A DNA stretch of 64,000 nucleotides from an uncultured delta proteobacterium (GTDB lineage: Bacteria > Desulfobacterota > Binatia > Binatales > Binataceae), in NCBI GenBank assembly GCA_963842085.1, contig CAWJET010000002.1:1376001-1440000 (forward strand), read 5' to 3'. The translations under genes were made by a program, and so were the position numbers. Each line of letters opens with the position of its first letter. Positions within the stretch are counted from its first letter, which is position 1. The notes beneath the pieces are model-generated. The model made no database searches. It had not been told where the DNA came from and saw only the letters and a program-made list of their open reading frames with translations. Shown here one piece after another: positions 19,603 through 28,940 of this stretch.

Positions 19603-20988
19603 TCAGTCATGCCATACTTTCGAGCGGTTGCGGATGCGGTCGTTCACGTAGCCTTCCTTGTAATAGGTGTCGTAGAATTCTTCATCGACATTGTGAATCA
19701 CCGCGCCGAAGTGCGCCTGCATCGGGTTGTACGTAACCGGCCATTGGCCGAAAGTGCTGACGCAGTAATCGATGTACGCGATACAAGCCTCTTGCACCCA
19801 CTCGGGCGGTCTGGTTCTAGGATGCGCGATGACCGCCTCGGAGGTCGCCTTATTCCACGGCGATCCAACCTTGCGCAGATAGTTATCCTCGCCGCGATGG
19901 AGCACGCCACCCGCGCCGTACTTCTCGTCGTACCAGGCCTTCACCAGTTGCTCGGCATTCTTGTAGCGGGGTGATGGAACGTAGGTCGCTTCCTTAACTC
20001 CTTCGATTCCGAAAATTTTGGTCTGTCCGGTGGATATCGGGGCTTTAGGATTCGGGGCCTCGACATGGAATCCGAGCCCGCGGGTGATTTCCGGCATCGC
20101 GCCCATCAGCACGTCCGGATTGAAACCGCAGAACACCCACGAACCGAGCCCCATCGCTTCGGTCGCCAGGCGCATGTTCTGCACCATGCACCCGGTCGGG
20201 AATTGCTCGACCTGAAAAATCAGCTGCTCTTCGCCGGCGATGCTGGTGGGCAGTTCCAGCATTCCTTCCCTAATCCACTTTTCCAGTCCGGCTGGCCGGC
20301 CGCCATTCCATTCGTCGATCATGTAGTAGTGCCAGAAGTCCATGAAGTTGATCAGCGCCGAGTTGAGCCATCCAGCGTCGGTCAGGGGAAGGAACCACGT
20401 CGATCCGGGCATGTTGATGTTGAACTGATAGGGTCCCATCAGGACTGCGTTTGGAGCGCCCGGGGCACGCAGCGCGTAGTCAATATCGGGCCGCTCGTCC
20501 AGAATCTGGATCAAGCCGTCTTCATACCATTTGATGACCTTTTCGTAGTCGGCCTCAGATTTGATCTCGATCGGACCGGAACGCTCCTTGGTAGGCTTAT
20601 AGATGTAGGCTCCCGAGTCGTTAATCACGAGCAGGTCGGTGGCGTGCGAATTTCCCGGCGCGGGAGCGGTCCGGCCTGCGATCCAGGTCAGCTCGTGAAA
20701 GCCTCCGTCCACCGAAATGTCCCACGCCACCAGCCCGTTGGGTCCGCATGCGGACCAGCAGATGAGAGCTTCTTCGAGCTTGGTTAGCGGGAGCGGATCT
20801 TTTTTGGAAATGAACTTTGAGGGGCCGTCGGCCTGTTTGAGCGTGCGGCCGGTGACCGGATGCTTTATTTCGGTACCCGAGTCGATTCTGTAACCTCGTC
20901 CGACGCGACGGCTTCGGATCGTGGTAAGCAGTTTGAAAAACGTGCCCGATTGTTCAAAGGCCCACTTGAGCCTGTCTTTGTCATTCAT
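19603..20988 (-). CDS. large nitroreductase-fold flavoprotein, unknown function
   Basis: RSRR, PLPLTKLEEALI, GRTAPAPGNSH, QNMRLATEAMGLGSW motifs; GGAGGT RBS before ATG at 20988. Confidence 0.72.
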   Translation of the reverse strand: MNDKDRLKWAFEQSGTFFKLLTTIRSRRVGRGYRIDSGTEIKHPVTGRTLKQADGPSKFISKKDPLPLTKLEEALICWSACGPNGLVAWDISVDGGFHELTWIAGRTAPAPGNSHATDLLVINDSGAYIYKPTKERSGPIEIKSEADYEKVIKWYEDGLIQILDERPDIDYALRAPGAPNAVLMGPYQFNINMPGSTWFLPLTDAGWLNSALINFMDFWHYYMIDEWNGGRPAGLEKWIREGMLELPTSIAGEEQLIFQVEQFPTGCMVQNMRLATEAMGLGSWVFCGFNPDVLMGAMPEITRGLGFHVEAPNPKAPISTGQTKIFGIEGVKEATYVPSPRYKNAEQLVKAWYDEKYGAGGVLHRGEDNYLRKVGSPWNKATSEAVIAHPRTRPPEWVQEACIAYIDYCVSTFGQWPVTYNPMQAHFGAVIHNVDEEFYDTYYKEGYVNDRIRNRSKVWHD

Positions 20989-21047
20989 TGCCCCAACCTC
21001 CGGGTCGATCTGCATTCTGAAAATTCAGCGGCCGCGGCCGAAGTGAA

Positions 21048-21887
21048 CTACGGCGCGGCGAAACGGTACTTCCCATCCTTGAACTCGATCCATCGCCCAC
21101 GGTCCGTGACTTGACCTCCCACGTCGATTTGCGTGCGTAAAATCATGAGTTCCTCTTCCCTCGGCACTTCGAGAATCTCGAGCTTGGGGGCGATGGCGGG
21201 CTGGAAACTCATCTCTTCGAGCACCTGTTCGAGCGTGACGAAGGGCGCGATTCCTTGCAGCATGAGCTGACAATCGGGTCCGTACCCAAACATCGCCCAT
21301 GGGGTGTAGACCCGCCATGGTCCGGTCCCGGGTGGAAGGCCGTGGCGCTCGCGGGCTCCCGGACCATCGAGAAACCCCGGTGACGAGATGAAGTCGACTC
21401 GATCGACGAATTTGCGCTTTTGCTGATCGGTGACCAAGATTGTGCGCCATGCGAGCGCTGCGATACTGTCAGCGCCGCCGGGGCCCCCGAAGCGCCGTCC
21501 CTCGCCACCTTCATACTTACCGACCACCGTGGAATTGATGTTGCCGTAGCGATCGACCTGAAGAGTCGCGAGGATGCCGTAGTCGACGTAGCCGAGTTGC
21601 GCAAGATCGGCCGCGTAATTCATCGTCCCCCACTGAAGTGCGCGATAGTTGGCGCGCGAGCTGATCATCGTCATCAGGGGATCGAACGGCACCTGAGCCT
21701 CGGGCCCTACCACCCCATCCTCAGTCAGGTACTGCAGGTTGGGCGCGTTTATTCGCTTGGCGAGCAGCACCGAGTTCATCGGCTCGCCGCCACCGCCAAC
21801 CCAGTAGATGAACTTGTCGTCGACCAGGCGCGAGATCTGACAGATGACGAATTCGCGCTCATTGAAGTCGGTAGCTGGAGTGCTCAC
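21048..21887 (-). CDS. family I CoA-transferase beta subunit (GctB-like)
   Basis: LTEDG (candidate catalytic Glu), QVDRYGNINST, GPGGA, FVDRVDFISSPG. Confidence 0.9.
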   Translation of the reverse strand: MSTPATDFNEREFVICQISRLVDDKFIYWVGGGGEPMNSVLLAKRINAPNLQYLTEDGVVGPEAQVPFDPLMTMISSRANYRALQWGTMNYAADLAQLGYVDYGILATLQVDRYGNINSTVVGKYEGGEGRRFGGPGGADSIAALAWRTILVTDQQKRKFVDRVDFISSPGFLDGPGARERHGLPPGTGPWRVYTPWAMFGYGPDCQLMLQGIAPFVTLEQVLEEMSFQPAIAPKLEILEVPREEELMILRTQIDVGGQVTDRGRWIEFKDGKYRFAAP

Positions 21888-22855
21888 GATGCATAGCCCT
21901 CCCGGATGGTTTCACGCCGTCGAATCTCGGCCAGTTTTTCGGTTCCCACCACTTTCTGCAGGTACTCATCGTGCGATTGCACTGAATACACGTGTTTCTT
22001 AAGGTACTCGGTAAAATCGCCGCGATACATCGCGCCCATCGCTTCGACCACTCCCGCCGGATCCGACGCGTAGTACCCCTGCACCGTTCCCGGGTAGGCG
22101 CCGAATGGGGCATGCACGACCGCGTCCACGGTGAAGTGCGCGATCGAGGTGCGAGCCGGGTCGCGCCGGAATTCGTCCGTCGCGACGATCTCTTCGGCGG
22201 ACACGATCACTCTCTTCGACGCGAGCGCGCATTCCGCGTGCGCGATGCCGGTTCCGAAGACCCGCGCGTTACCGAACTCATCGGCCTGATGAACGTGAAT
22301 GATTGAAACATCGGGATTGAGTGCCGCGACCAGCAGAACGGGTTTTCGGCTGAACGGGTCTTCGACGATTTTGCAGCCCGAATGCTGAAATCCGTCGGTC
22401 CCGCCGAAGCTGCGCGCCGGCATGAAAGGTATCCCCATCGCGCCAGCCTTCAAGCGCAGCGTCATCAGCGCATTGGAGTACTCGTAGATGGTGCACTTCC
22501 TTTCGCGCACCGCGCGCGAGATCCACGGTCCGAAGCCAATGAACCCGATGTCGATCCGATCCGCGCATCCTGCTTCAACCAGCAGCGCGCATGCGACATA
22601 GGTGAACTTGCCGCACAGCCATAGATTCCTTTTGCGCTGGCGGACGATCTCGCGAATCAACGACGACGGCCCTCGCTGAAAGTAGTTGCAGTCGTATGCG
22701 AGGTAGTCGCCGTCGCGTACGAAGCGCTCGACCGCCTCTTGGTGAGTCATCAACTTCGAGACCATCTGATGCGGTTTACTGTCCCGCACGCTCGCCCGAT
22801 AGCCGTCGAGATCGACTTTGAAATAGTCGGCTTTACCTTCTTCCAGAATCCGCAT
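21884..22855 (-). CDS. family I CoA-transferase alpha subunit (GctA-like)
   Basis: EAVERFVRDGD, LRLKAGAMGIPFMP, PDVSIIHVHQADEFGNA, VDAVVHAPFGAYP. Confidence 0.92.
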   Translation of the reverse strand: MRILEEGKADYFKVDLDGYRASVRDSKPHQMVSKLMTHQEAVERFVRDGDYLAYDCNYFQRGPSSLIREIVRQRKRNLWLCGKFTYVACALLVEAGCADRIDIGFIGFGPWISRAVRERKCTIYEYSNALMTLRLKAGAMGIPFMPARSFGGTDGFQHSGCKIVEDPFSRKPVLLVAALNPDVSIIHVHQADEFGNARVFGTGIAHAECALASKRVIVSAEEIVATDEFRRDPARTSIAHFTVDAVVHAPFGAYPGTVQGYYASDPAGVVEAMGAMYRGDFTEYLKKHVYSVQSHDEYLQKVVGTEKLAEIRRRETIREGYAS

Positions 22856-22899
22856 TTGCTGAATTCTCCCGAACCTTTTGGTTGCTCACGGCGCTTGGT

Positions 22900-23256
22900 T
22901 CAGACTTGGATCCCGGACTGCAACAGGATGCCGTTGTGAATCAGGAAACTTCGAATTGTGTTCCCGCGCTTGGCCCGCTCCCGGCCATCGGCGCCGCCTC
23001 CTGCCTGAAAATCGGCTATACGTTCCGCCATCGAACGCCTGCCCTTGATGCTGATCTTGGTTTCCTTGCCCTCTTTCCTGAGCAGGCAGGCAGCGACGAT
23101 CTCGTCCGGGTCGCGTTCGAGCGTGGCGCAGAACTCTCGAAGCAGTTCGAGCCTCGATTTATCCTCGTTGGGCTCCACGCCCGATTGCTCGCGCAGTCCT
23201 CGGTACCAGGTCTTGACCGAATCGTATTCTTCAAGCGGTTTATTTATCGAAGCCAT
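22900..23256 (-). CDS. 118-aa helical protein resembling the N-terminal (core-binding/SAM-like) domain of tyrosine integrases
   Basis: YDSVKTW...LREFCATLERDPDEIV...NTIRSFLIHNGI pattern; no catalytic domain follows. Confidence 0.6.
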   Translation of the reverse strand: MASINKPLEEYDSVKTWYRGLREQSGVEPNEDKSRLELLREFCATLERDPDEIVAACLLRKEGKETKISIKGRRSMAERIADFQAGGGADGRERAKRGNTIRSFLIHNGILLQSGIQV

Positions 23257-23311
23257 CGTTATTTTCGAGCTGCGCGTGATTCTATCGGTCGACTGTGCGC
23301 TTCGATGAAGT

Positions 23312-24100
23312 TTACTCGGGAAGACCGAACATCCGCGCGAGCGCTTTGATTTCCTCTTTTCGCCACGGCAGCGGCGCCTGCGCCTGGATCATCTTTGCCG
23401 CCTTCATCTGCTCGGTCACCTTGGGATCGCCCTTGAATGGCTTCCCGTATTCGCCCTCGAAGAAGATCTCCTCCAGCGGCGGACGCGGACGCTGTCCACC
23501 TGCTTCCCATGACTCCGCCGGATAACCGACCAGCAGCACCCATAGCGGAATCCAGTCCTTGGGCGCCTTCACGATCTTGTTGATCGCCTCGTGCTGAAAC
23601 GCCGACAGGCAGACGCCAAGTCCCTCGTCCACCGCGGCGAGCATCGCCTGGCAAATCGCGATGCCTGCGTCCGATGCGGCGGCTGCCGCCACCGATGGCT
23701 GGTTCGCGCCTTCGGCTAGCGGCTTCAGGATGTTCGGCCAGACGAATTCATCGACGAACTTGTGGCTCCATCCGTGGGTGACGTTCAACGCGCCGACGTC
23801 GACCAGCTTTTTCAGCCGCGCCTGAGCCCCCTTATACGCCCCCATATCGGCGTAGGTGTAGATGTGCACCGGTGCGAGCTCGATGTTGAGTCCGGAGACC
23901 GGAGTCTTGAGCGCGTCGAGTGTTTCGCGAGGGATATTGTCCCGGATCATGACGATCGCTTTCAGAAAGGTCGCGTTGACCGCGCATGACGCGAGCCGCG
24001 CCGCCTCCAACATGATCTGGATCTTCTCGCGTTCGACGTTCCGCCACGATTGAAAGTAACGGATCGATCGGCGCCGCCCTACTACTTCTTTGAATTCCAT
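23312..24100 (-). CDS. nitroreductase family protein
   Basis: RRRSIRYF...KIQIMLEAARLA...AMLAAVDEGLG...LLVGYP; GGAGGA RBS. Confidence 0.9.
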   Translation of the reverse strand: MEFKEVVGRRRSIRYFQSWRNVEREKIQIMLEAARLASCAVNATFLKAIVMIRDNIPRETLDALKTPVSGLNIELAPVHIYTYADMGAYKGAQARLKKLVDVGALNVTHGWSHKFVDEFVWPNILKPLAEGANQPSVAAAAASDAGIAICQAMLAAVDEGLGVCLSAFQHEAINKIVKAPKDWIPLWVLLVGYPAESWEAGGQRPRPPLEEIFFEGEYGKPFKGDPKVTEQMKAAKMIQAQAPLPWRKEEIKALARMFGLPE

Positions 24101-24738
24101 CGACTATTCCTCCAGCCAAGAGAACGTCGCTCTGGCAGGAGAGACCCCTGCATCAGATTCGGTTTACCCAATGTCACTCACCCGATCGCGCTGTTTGACG
24201 GAAGCTTACGCCGACCACAGTCGCGCCGACAACAGCTTCGATGATCCGGTGAGATTCAGCGCCGATGTTCGTAGAACCAAAGTATTGCGGAGTTGCGCGC
24301 CGATTGCGTTGCTGTCGGATCGTGACGGCGATTCACTTGGTGGGCGGCTTGGGCATTCAGTAGCCGACTTTGAATCATCGCCGTTGAACGGATACATGTG
24401 CACCGTCCGTCCGAAGGCGCCTCGAGCCTGCTCTCTTTCGGACGAGCATCCATTTGGGTGCTTAGGTGCTACACCGCCATCTGAAGCAGGCTGCGCTGAA
24501 CAACCAAGGCATATTAGGCTCGAGAGGCTGGGAACCTCGGACGGACAACCTGCTTTTTCGCTTTTGTAGCGCTTGCTTCGGGCACAGCGGCAACACTGAA
24601 TCTACCCTCTCGATGGAATCTCAGCCTCTCGCGGCGGTGGTGGCGGATCCGGTCGGCGGCGGTCGATCGGATCAAGTAGTGTTCCGTGATCAGCGCGCGC
24701 AAGCGGTACCGGCGGCTGACGAACGTGCGCCGAGAACC

Positions 24739-25647
24739 TCAGTCTTCCGCGTGGTCGCCCTTCATACGATGGTACGCGTTGTTGAAAACGCCGTAGGCAC
24801 CACAGCGCGCGCAGTCAACATCGTTGCCGTAGCAGCAGAAGGTTCGCTCGAAATTCCCGCCGTCGCCGATGTAAAGCGGCAGCATCGCGCACAGCCCGCA
24901 GTGCTCACCGCGTTCGCCGGTGTAATTGAGCGCGCGGTCGGACTTCATCATCTCCAGCGTTTCGACGTTGCTCTTGATCAGCGCCGGGTTCCTGCGTTTG
25001 AGCGCGATGACGCGGTCGATAACCGCGTCGCGCTCGCGCAGATCATCCCAGGCAAGTGGGCCGTGCTCTCCCTTGGAGGGAACGTGAAACGTGAATGCGA
25101 CGCCGTCGACCGGCCAGTCTTTCACTTCTTCGATGAATTCTTCGAGCCCCGGCGCGTTCTCCCTGGTGATCGTCATTTGGATGATGACGGTTGTGCCATC
25201 GCGAGGATCGCGCGCGAAGATCGCCTCTCTGACCTTGCGGAACACGCCCTCCCCGCGGATCGGATCGTTCATCCGCTCCGGTCCGTCGAGCGACACGGTG
25301 ACCAGATGGCCGGGCACCGATGGAATCCCATAGGTCCCGTTGGTCACGATCGATGAGCGCTCGAACAGTTTCATCGCCTCGAATACCAGGCGCTTGCGAA
25401 TCATGGGCTCGCCGCCCATGAACAGCATCGACTTGATGCCGTGTTTGTCGCGCAGCACGCGCAACTGGTGGAGCATGGTCGCGTCAGCCATCTTGTCGCG
25501 CGCGAGGTTGGGATTGCCGGCGCGGTAAACGAAGCAGTGGCGGCATTCCAGGTTGCAGACGTTGGTCACATTGACCAGCGCCGCGCGAAACTTGCGCCTG
25601 CCGAAGTCCGTCGGCTCGCTGAGTGCGCCGTCACGCTTGGCCGCCAT
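24739..25647 (-). CDS. radical SAM protein with C-terminal Cys cluster (SPASM/twitch-like)
   Basis: CNLECRHC, MGGEP, TNGT, VSLDG; C-terminal C..CCYGNDVDCARC. Confidence 0.9.
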   Translation of the reverse strand: MAAKRDGALSEPTDFGRRKFRAALVNVTNVCNLECRHCFVYRAGNPNLARDKMADATMLHQLRVLRDKHGIKSMLFMGGEPMIRKRLVFEAMKLFERSSIVTNGTYGIPSVPGHLVTVSLDGPERMNDPIRGEGVFRKVREAIFARDPRDGTTVIIQMTITRENAPGLEEFIEEVKDWPVDGVAFTFHVPSKGEHGPLAWDDLRERDAVIDRVIALKRRNPALIKSNVETLEMMKSDRALNYTGERGEHCGLCAMLPLYIGDGGNFERTFCCYGNDVDCARCGAYGVFNNAYHRMKGDHAED

Positions 25648-25906
25648 AACTTCCACCTTACCACGGCCCTCGCGGACTGTGCGAATTCTCCGCCCTACCT
25701 CGCAGGGAGGTGCCAACCGGCGTCAGTGGCTGCGGATAGCAACGCGCTGCACATGGGAACCTGTGCATGTTCGCTCTGGACCTTCGAACCCCGCGACCGG
25801 CGCGGGATGTCGCGATAGATCAGGTAGCGCGCCTCGCCGTGCTCGGAGCAGGCGCGTTGATGCCGCCGGCGCGGCCTCGCGCACGCGTCTCATTGCCGGG
25901 TAACTC

Positions 25907-26757
25907 TCAGCCGGCTGAGAAACGCGCCGGTGAGAGGGCGCGCGGATCGAAAATGCTGGTGCTTCCGCGTGCGATGAGATCTGCCGCGATTTGCCCTAGT
26001 GCAGGGCTGCTCTCGATTCCGAAACCTTGCTGTCCGGCGAGCCAGAAGAAACCACGCACAAGCGGATCCTCGCCGACCACCGGAACCGAGTCGGGGGAAA
26101 ACGTGCGCAGCCCGGACCATTTGCGTTTTAGCGAGCGCGGAACCAAGCGCGGCGCCAATCTGCGAAGCCGCTCGATCGCGCCCGCGATTACCACATCGTC
26201 GGGTTGCGCATCGCACGGGCGCATGGGTTCCTGGTCCATCGGGCTCAGTAACAGACCTCCCGACTCCGGCGCGAAATAGAGTTGATCCAGCTCGCTGATC
26301 ACGAACGGCCATCTACTGACGTCGATCGGCTCGGGCGGCTCGAACGTGACAATAGTCCGGCGGCGTGGCTCGAGCGCGATTGGCGCAGCGCCCGCCAACC
26401 TCGCGATCTCGCCGGCCCATGCTCCCGCCGCATCGACCACCCAACGCGCGCGGACTTCGCCGGAATTGGTAATGACGCCACGGCATCGGCCAGCCTCGAT
26501 AATCACGCCGCGAACTTCGCAGTTCGTGCGTAGCTGCGCGGCGCGACGCCGCGGGTGGCGCAGGTAGCTCGACAACAACTCATGAACATCGATGCGCCCA
26601 TCCTCGGTGAGAAGAATCGCGCGTTCCGACTCCTCCAGTTCCAGAACCGGAACGCGGGCGACGGCCTGTGCGCGCGAAAGCACCTCGAAGGAGACGCCAT
26701 CGGTGCCGAGACGGGCGATCACTCCGGGTAACTCATGCGGCATCGAATCGCGGAACA
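25907..26757 (-). pseudogene. FAD-dependent oxidoreductase (DAO/sarcosine oxidase beta-like), 5' truncated
   Basis: VVDAAGAWA, WSGLRTFSPD..PVVG, GQQGFGIESSPA; N-terminal GxGxxG missing. Confidence 0.85.
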
Positions 26758-26778
26758 GTTCGCCGCCGCTATCATCGC

Positions 26779-27594
26779 CGCGGCAAACAAGGCGATCGCC
26801 TTCGGAGGATGGCGGGTCGGCTATGTCGCGATCGCGCTGCCGATGCTGGTGGTCGTGGCGCCGCTGGTGCTGTTCGTGGTGCGCAGTCATCCCTTGGAGG
26901 CCAGCGACTCACCGGAGCAGGCTCGCACCCGCCCCGGGCCGGTCGTGGTGCCCGGAGTTGAATTGACCGAAGCGTTCCGGACGCGTTCATTCTGGCTGAT
27001 AGCGATTGCCGAGTTCTTCTATGCCTGCGCTATCGGCGGGATTCTGGTCCATCTGGTCGTCTATCTGATCGGAACGGGTTACACGGCCACCCTTTCCGCC
27101 AGCAGCCTCAGCATGATCTATCTGATGTCGACCGTGGGGAAACTTTCGCTGGGGCCCTCTGCGGATCGGCTCAGTCCTCGGATCGTGCTCTCGCTCGTCT
27201 TCCTCGGAGCGGCGGTCGGCACCACACTCCTGCTCGCGGCGGGGAGCGGCCTGATGCTGGCGGGATTCATCGTGCTGGTAGAGATCGCAGCTGGCACGCC
27301 TCTGGTGCTGCTGCCGCTCGTGTTCATCCAGTCACTGGGGCTGAAGCGTCTGGGATCGGTGCAAGGCGCCGCGGGAATCCTCGCCACTCTCGGCGCCGCC
27401 ATCGGCCCTGTGGCGGCCGGACGGATCTTCGACGTGAGCGGCAGCTACGCGGTTGCCTTCTGCGTGTTCGCGGCGATGTGGCTCGGAGCGGCGCTTGCGA
27501 TATACGCGTGAATTCCGCTCGAGGAAGAGATCGCGCGACTACGTCCGGTCCTCTCGCGACGGAGCATCACCGCAGCCACGGAGGATCAACCCAG
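26779..27594 (+). pseudogene. partial inverted paralogue of the MFS gene at 33-1271, including downstream sequence
   Basis: Near-identical protein from ANKAIAFGGWR onward; 5' part absent; premature TGA at 27509-27511. Confidence 0.9.
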
Positions 27595-27797
27595 ATGAAT
27601 GATGCAGACCCTCAATCAAATCTGTTGGGCTTTGAAGACCCACGTTCAGCCGCCACTCTCGGCACTACGCGGTGCAAGTTGCGCGAACGGCAGCACCCCG
27701 GTCTTACGCCGTGGTTTATAGAAGTGGTCCTCGGTTGCGCGGCGGATTATAAACTCCCGCCCCGTTATCTCTGCTTGGTGAGGAGACGAACGCGCAA

Positions 27798-28007
27798 GGA
27801 CTGCGAGAATACCTGGTGGTGTATGGCAACGCCCAGGTGACCGAAGGCGGTGCGGTGGATCTTTTACATCGCCTGGAGCCAATTTACCTTGGGCCGAAGG
27901 CGGACTTTCCACCGGCAGTCATGCGGAACATTCCGGGTTATGTCACCCGAATTGCGCCAGCACGATTCGCCGGGATCGGACCGTGGACCGCACGACCTGC
28001 TGAGTAA
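27798..28007 (+). pseudogene. PPOX-class (F420-dependent) oxidoreductase C-terminal fragment
   Basis: LREYLVVYGNAQVTEGGAVDLLHRL...YLGP...GYVTRIAPARFAGIGPW. Confidence 0.6.
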
Positions 28008-28114
28008 GCGATGCTCGAAGGTCCCTCCTCAACAGCCCGCTACAGTCCCATGATCCAATACCGGAGGCGGACGTGCGTTTTTGTGAACCCAGGGTGCGTG
28101 TGCCGGTGCAATTT

Positions 28115-28241
28115 CTAGCAGGTTGCGGAAAAACTCAATGAAAGACGATTTCGGCGAAGAGTAAGCATTACTACGATCACGAGAATGCGTCTTGGATCAA
28201 TGTCATCAGGAGTCAAAAACCCTTTTTCCGCAACCTGCTAG
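28115..28241. mobile_element. MITE with IS5-type ends, flanked by CTAG
   Basis: CTAG-CAGGTTGCGGAAAAA ... TTTTTCCGCAACCTG-CTAG perfect IR; 119 bp without ORF. Confidence 0.85.
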
Positions 28242-28316
28242 AGATCACAAAAGGGAGGATATCTCAGACACGCAAGTTTGAGGCTGTTCGCCTAGACCGG
28301 GAGAATGGTAGCCAGA

Positions 28317-28619
28317 ATGAAGCCGCGCCATGCCGCCGCACTCGCGCTTGTGGGCTGGTATCTGATGGTGCCGCCCGCGATACCCGACACTCATGAGGTA
28401 AGCAAAAGCGCACCACTCGCCCAATGGACAATCAGACGCACCTTTCGTCGTGATGTCGGATGTCAGAACGCGAAGTATCGCCTTCGGACGCGAGCTTTAG
28501 CTGCTCACGCGAACAGAGATACGATCGGGAGGCGCGGCCAACGAAATCCCGACCTCTTCTGCATCCTGTGTAATCCAGCATGTGTGTCAACCGACGATCC
28601 CAGCCTCAACGAGAAATAG
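28317..28619 (+). CDS. small secreted protein, MKPRHAAALALVGWYLMxPP family
   Basis: N-terminal motif, APLxxW, C-terminal CVSTDDPSL. Confidence 0.7.
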   Translation: MKPRHAAALALVGWYLMVPPAIPDTHEVSKSAPLAQWTIRRTFRRDVGCQNAKYRLRTRALAAHANRDTIGRRGQRNPDLFCILCNPACVSTDDPSLNEK

Positions 28620-28721
28620 AGTTAACCCCACCGCGCTCCTGCGCTCGCGCTTGTGGGTGCGTGAAATGCGACAGTATAGATTGGATAACTACGAGCCTGA
28701 CTTACTGCATCGACCGACGAA

Positions 28722-28940
28722 TCACGGCGCCGAGGGCGGCGGCATCGGCGTCGCGATCGGCGATGGAGTAGCGCTGGCGCCAGCAGCGGGACCGCAGTCC
28801 TCGGTGCTGAACCAGATTATCGCGAGGCCGTAACTGGTCTTCTGACATCCAGTCTCAAGGTCGGGTCTCGAATAAATCCAGCATCCGGCCAGCGCGGTCG
28901 AGAGCAGCGCGACGATCGTCGTCGAGAGGATCGCTTTCAT
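28722..28940 (-). CDS. small lipoprotein
   Basis: Signal peptide with lipobox LAGC; Pro-rich tail. Confidence 0.65.
   Translation of the reverse strand: MKAILSTTIVALLSTALAGCWIYSRPDLETGCQKTSYGLAIIWFSTEDCGPAAGASATPSPIATPMPPPSAP

Noticed and set aside
21048-22855. IpdAB steroid ring hydrolase
   Set aside because: The beta subunit retains a Glu at the GctB-like position (LTEDG) and no ipdC/echA20 context is present; called a generic family I CoA-transferase.
22900-24100. AlbA/AlbB cyclodipeptide oxidase pair
   Set aside because: The small protein does not resemble AlbB as I recall it, and no cyclodipeptide synthase is nearby.
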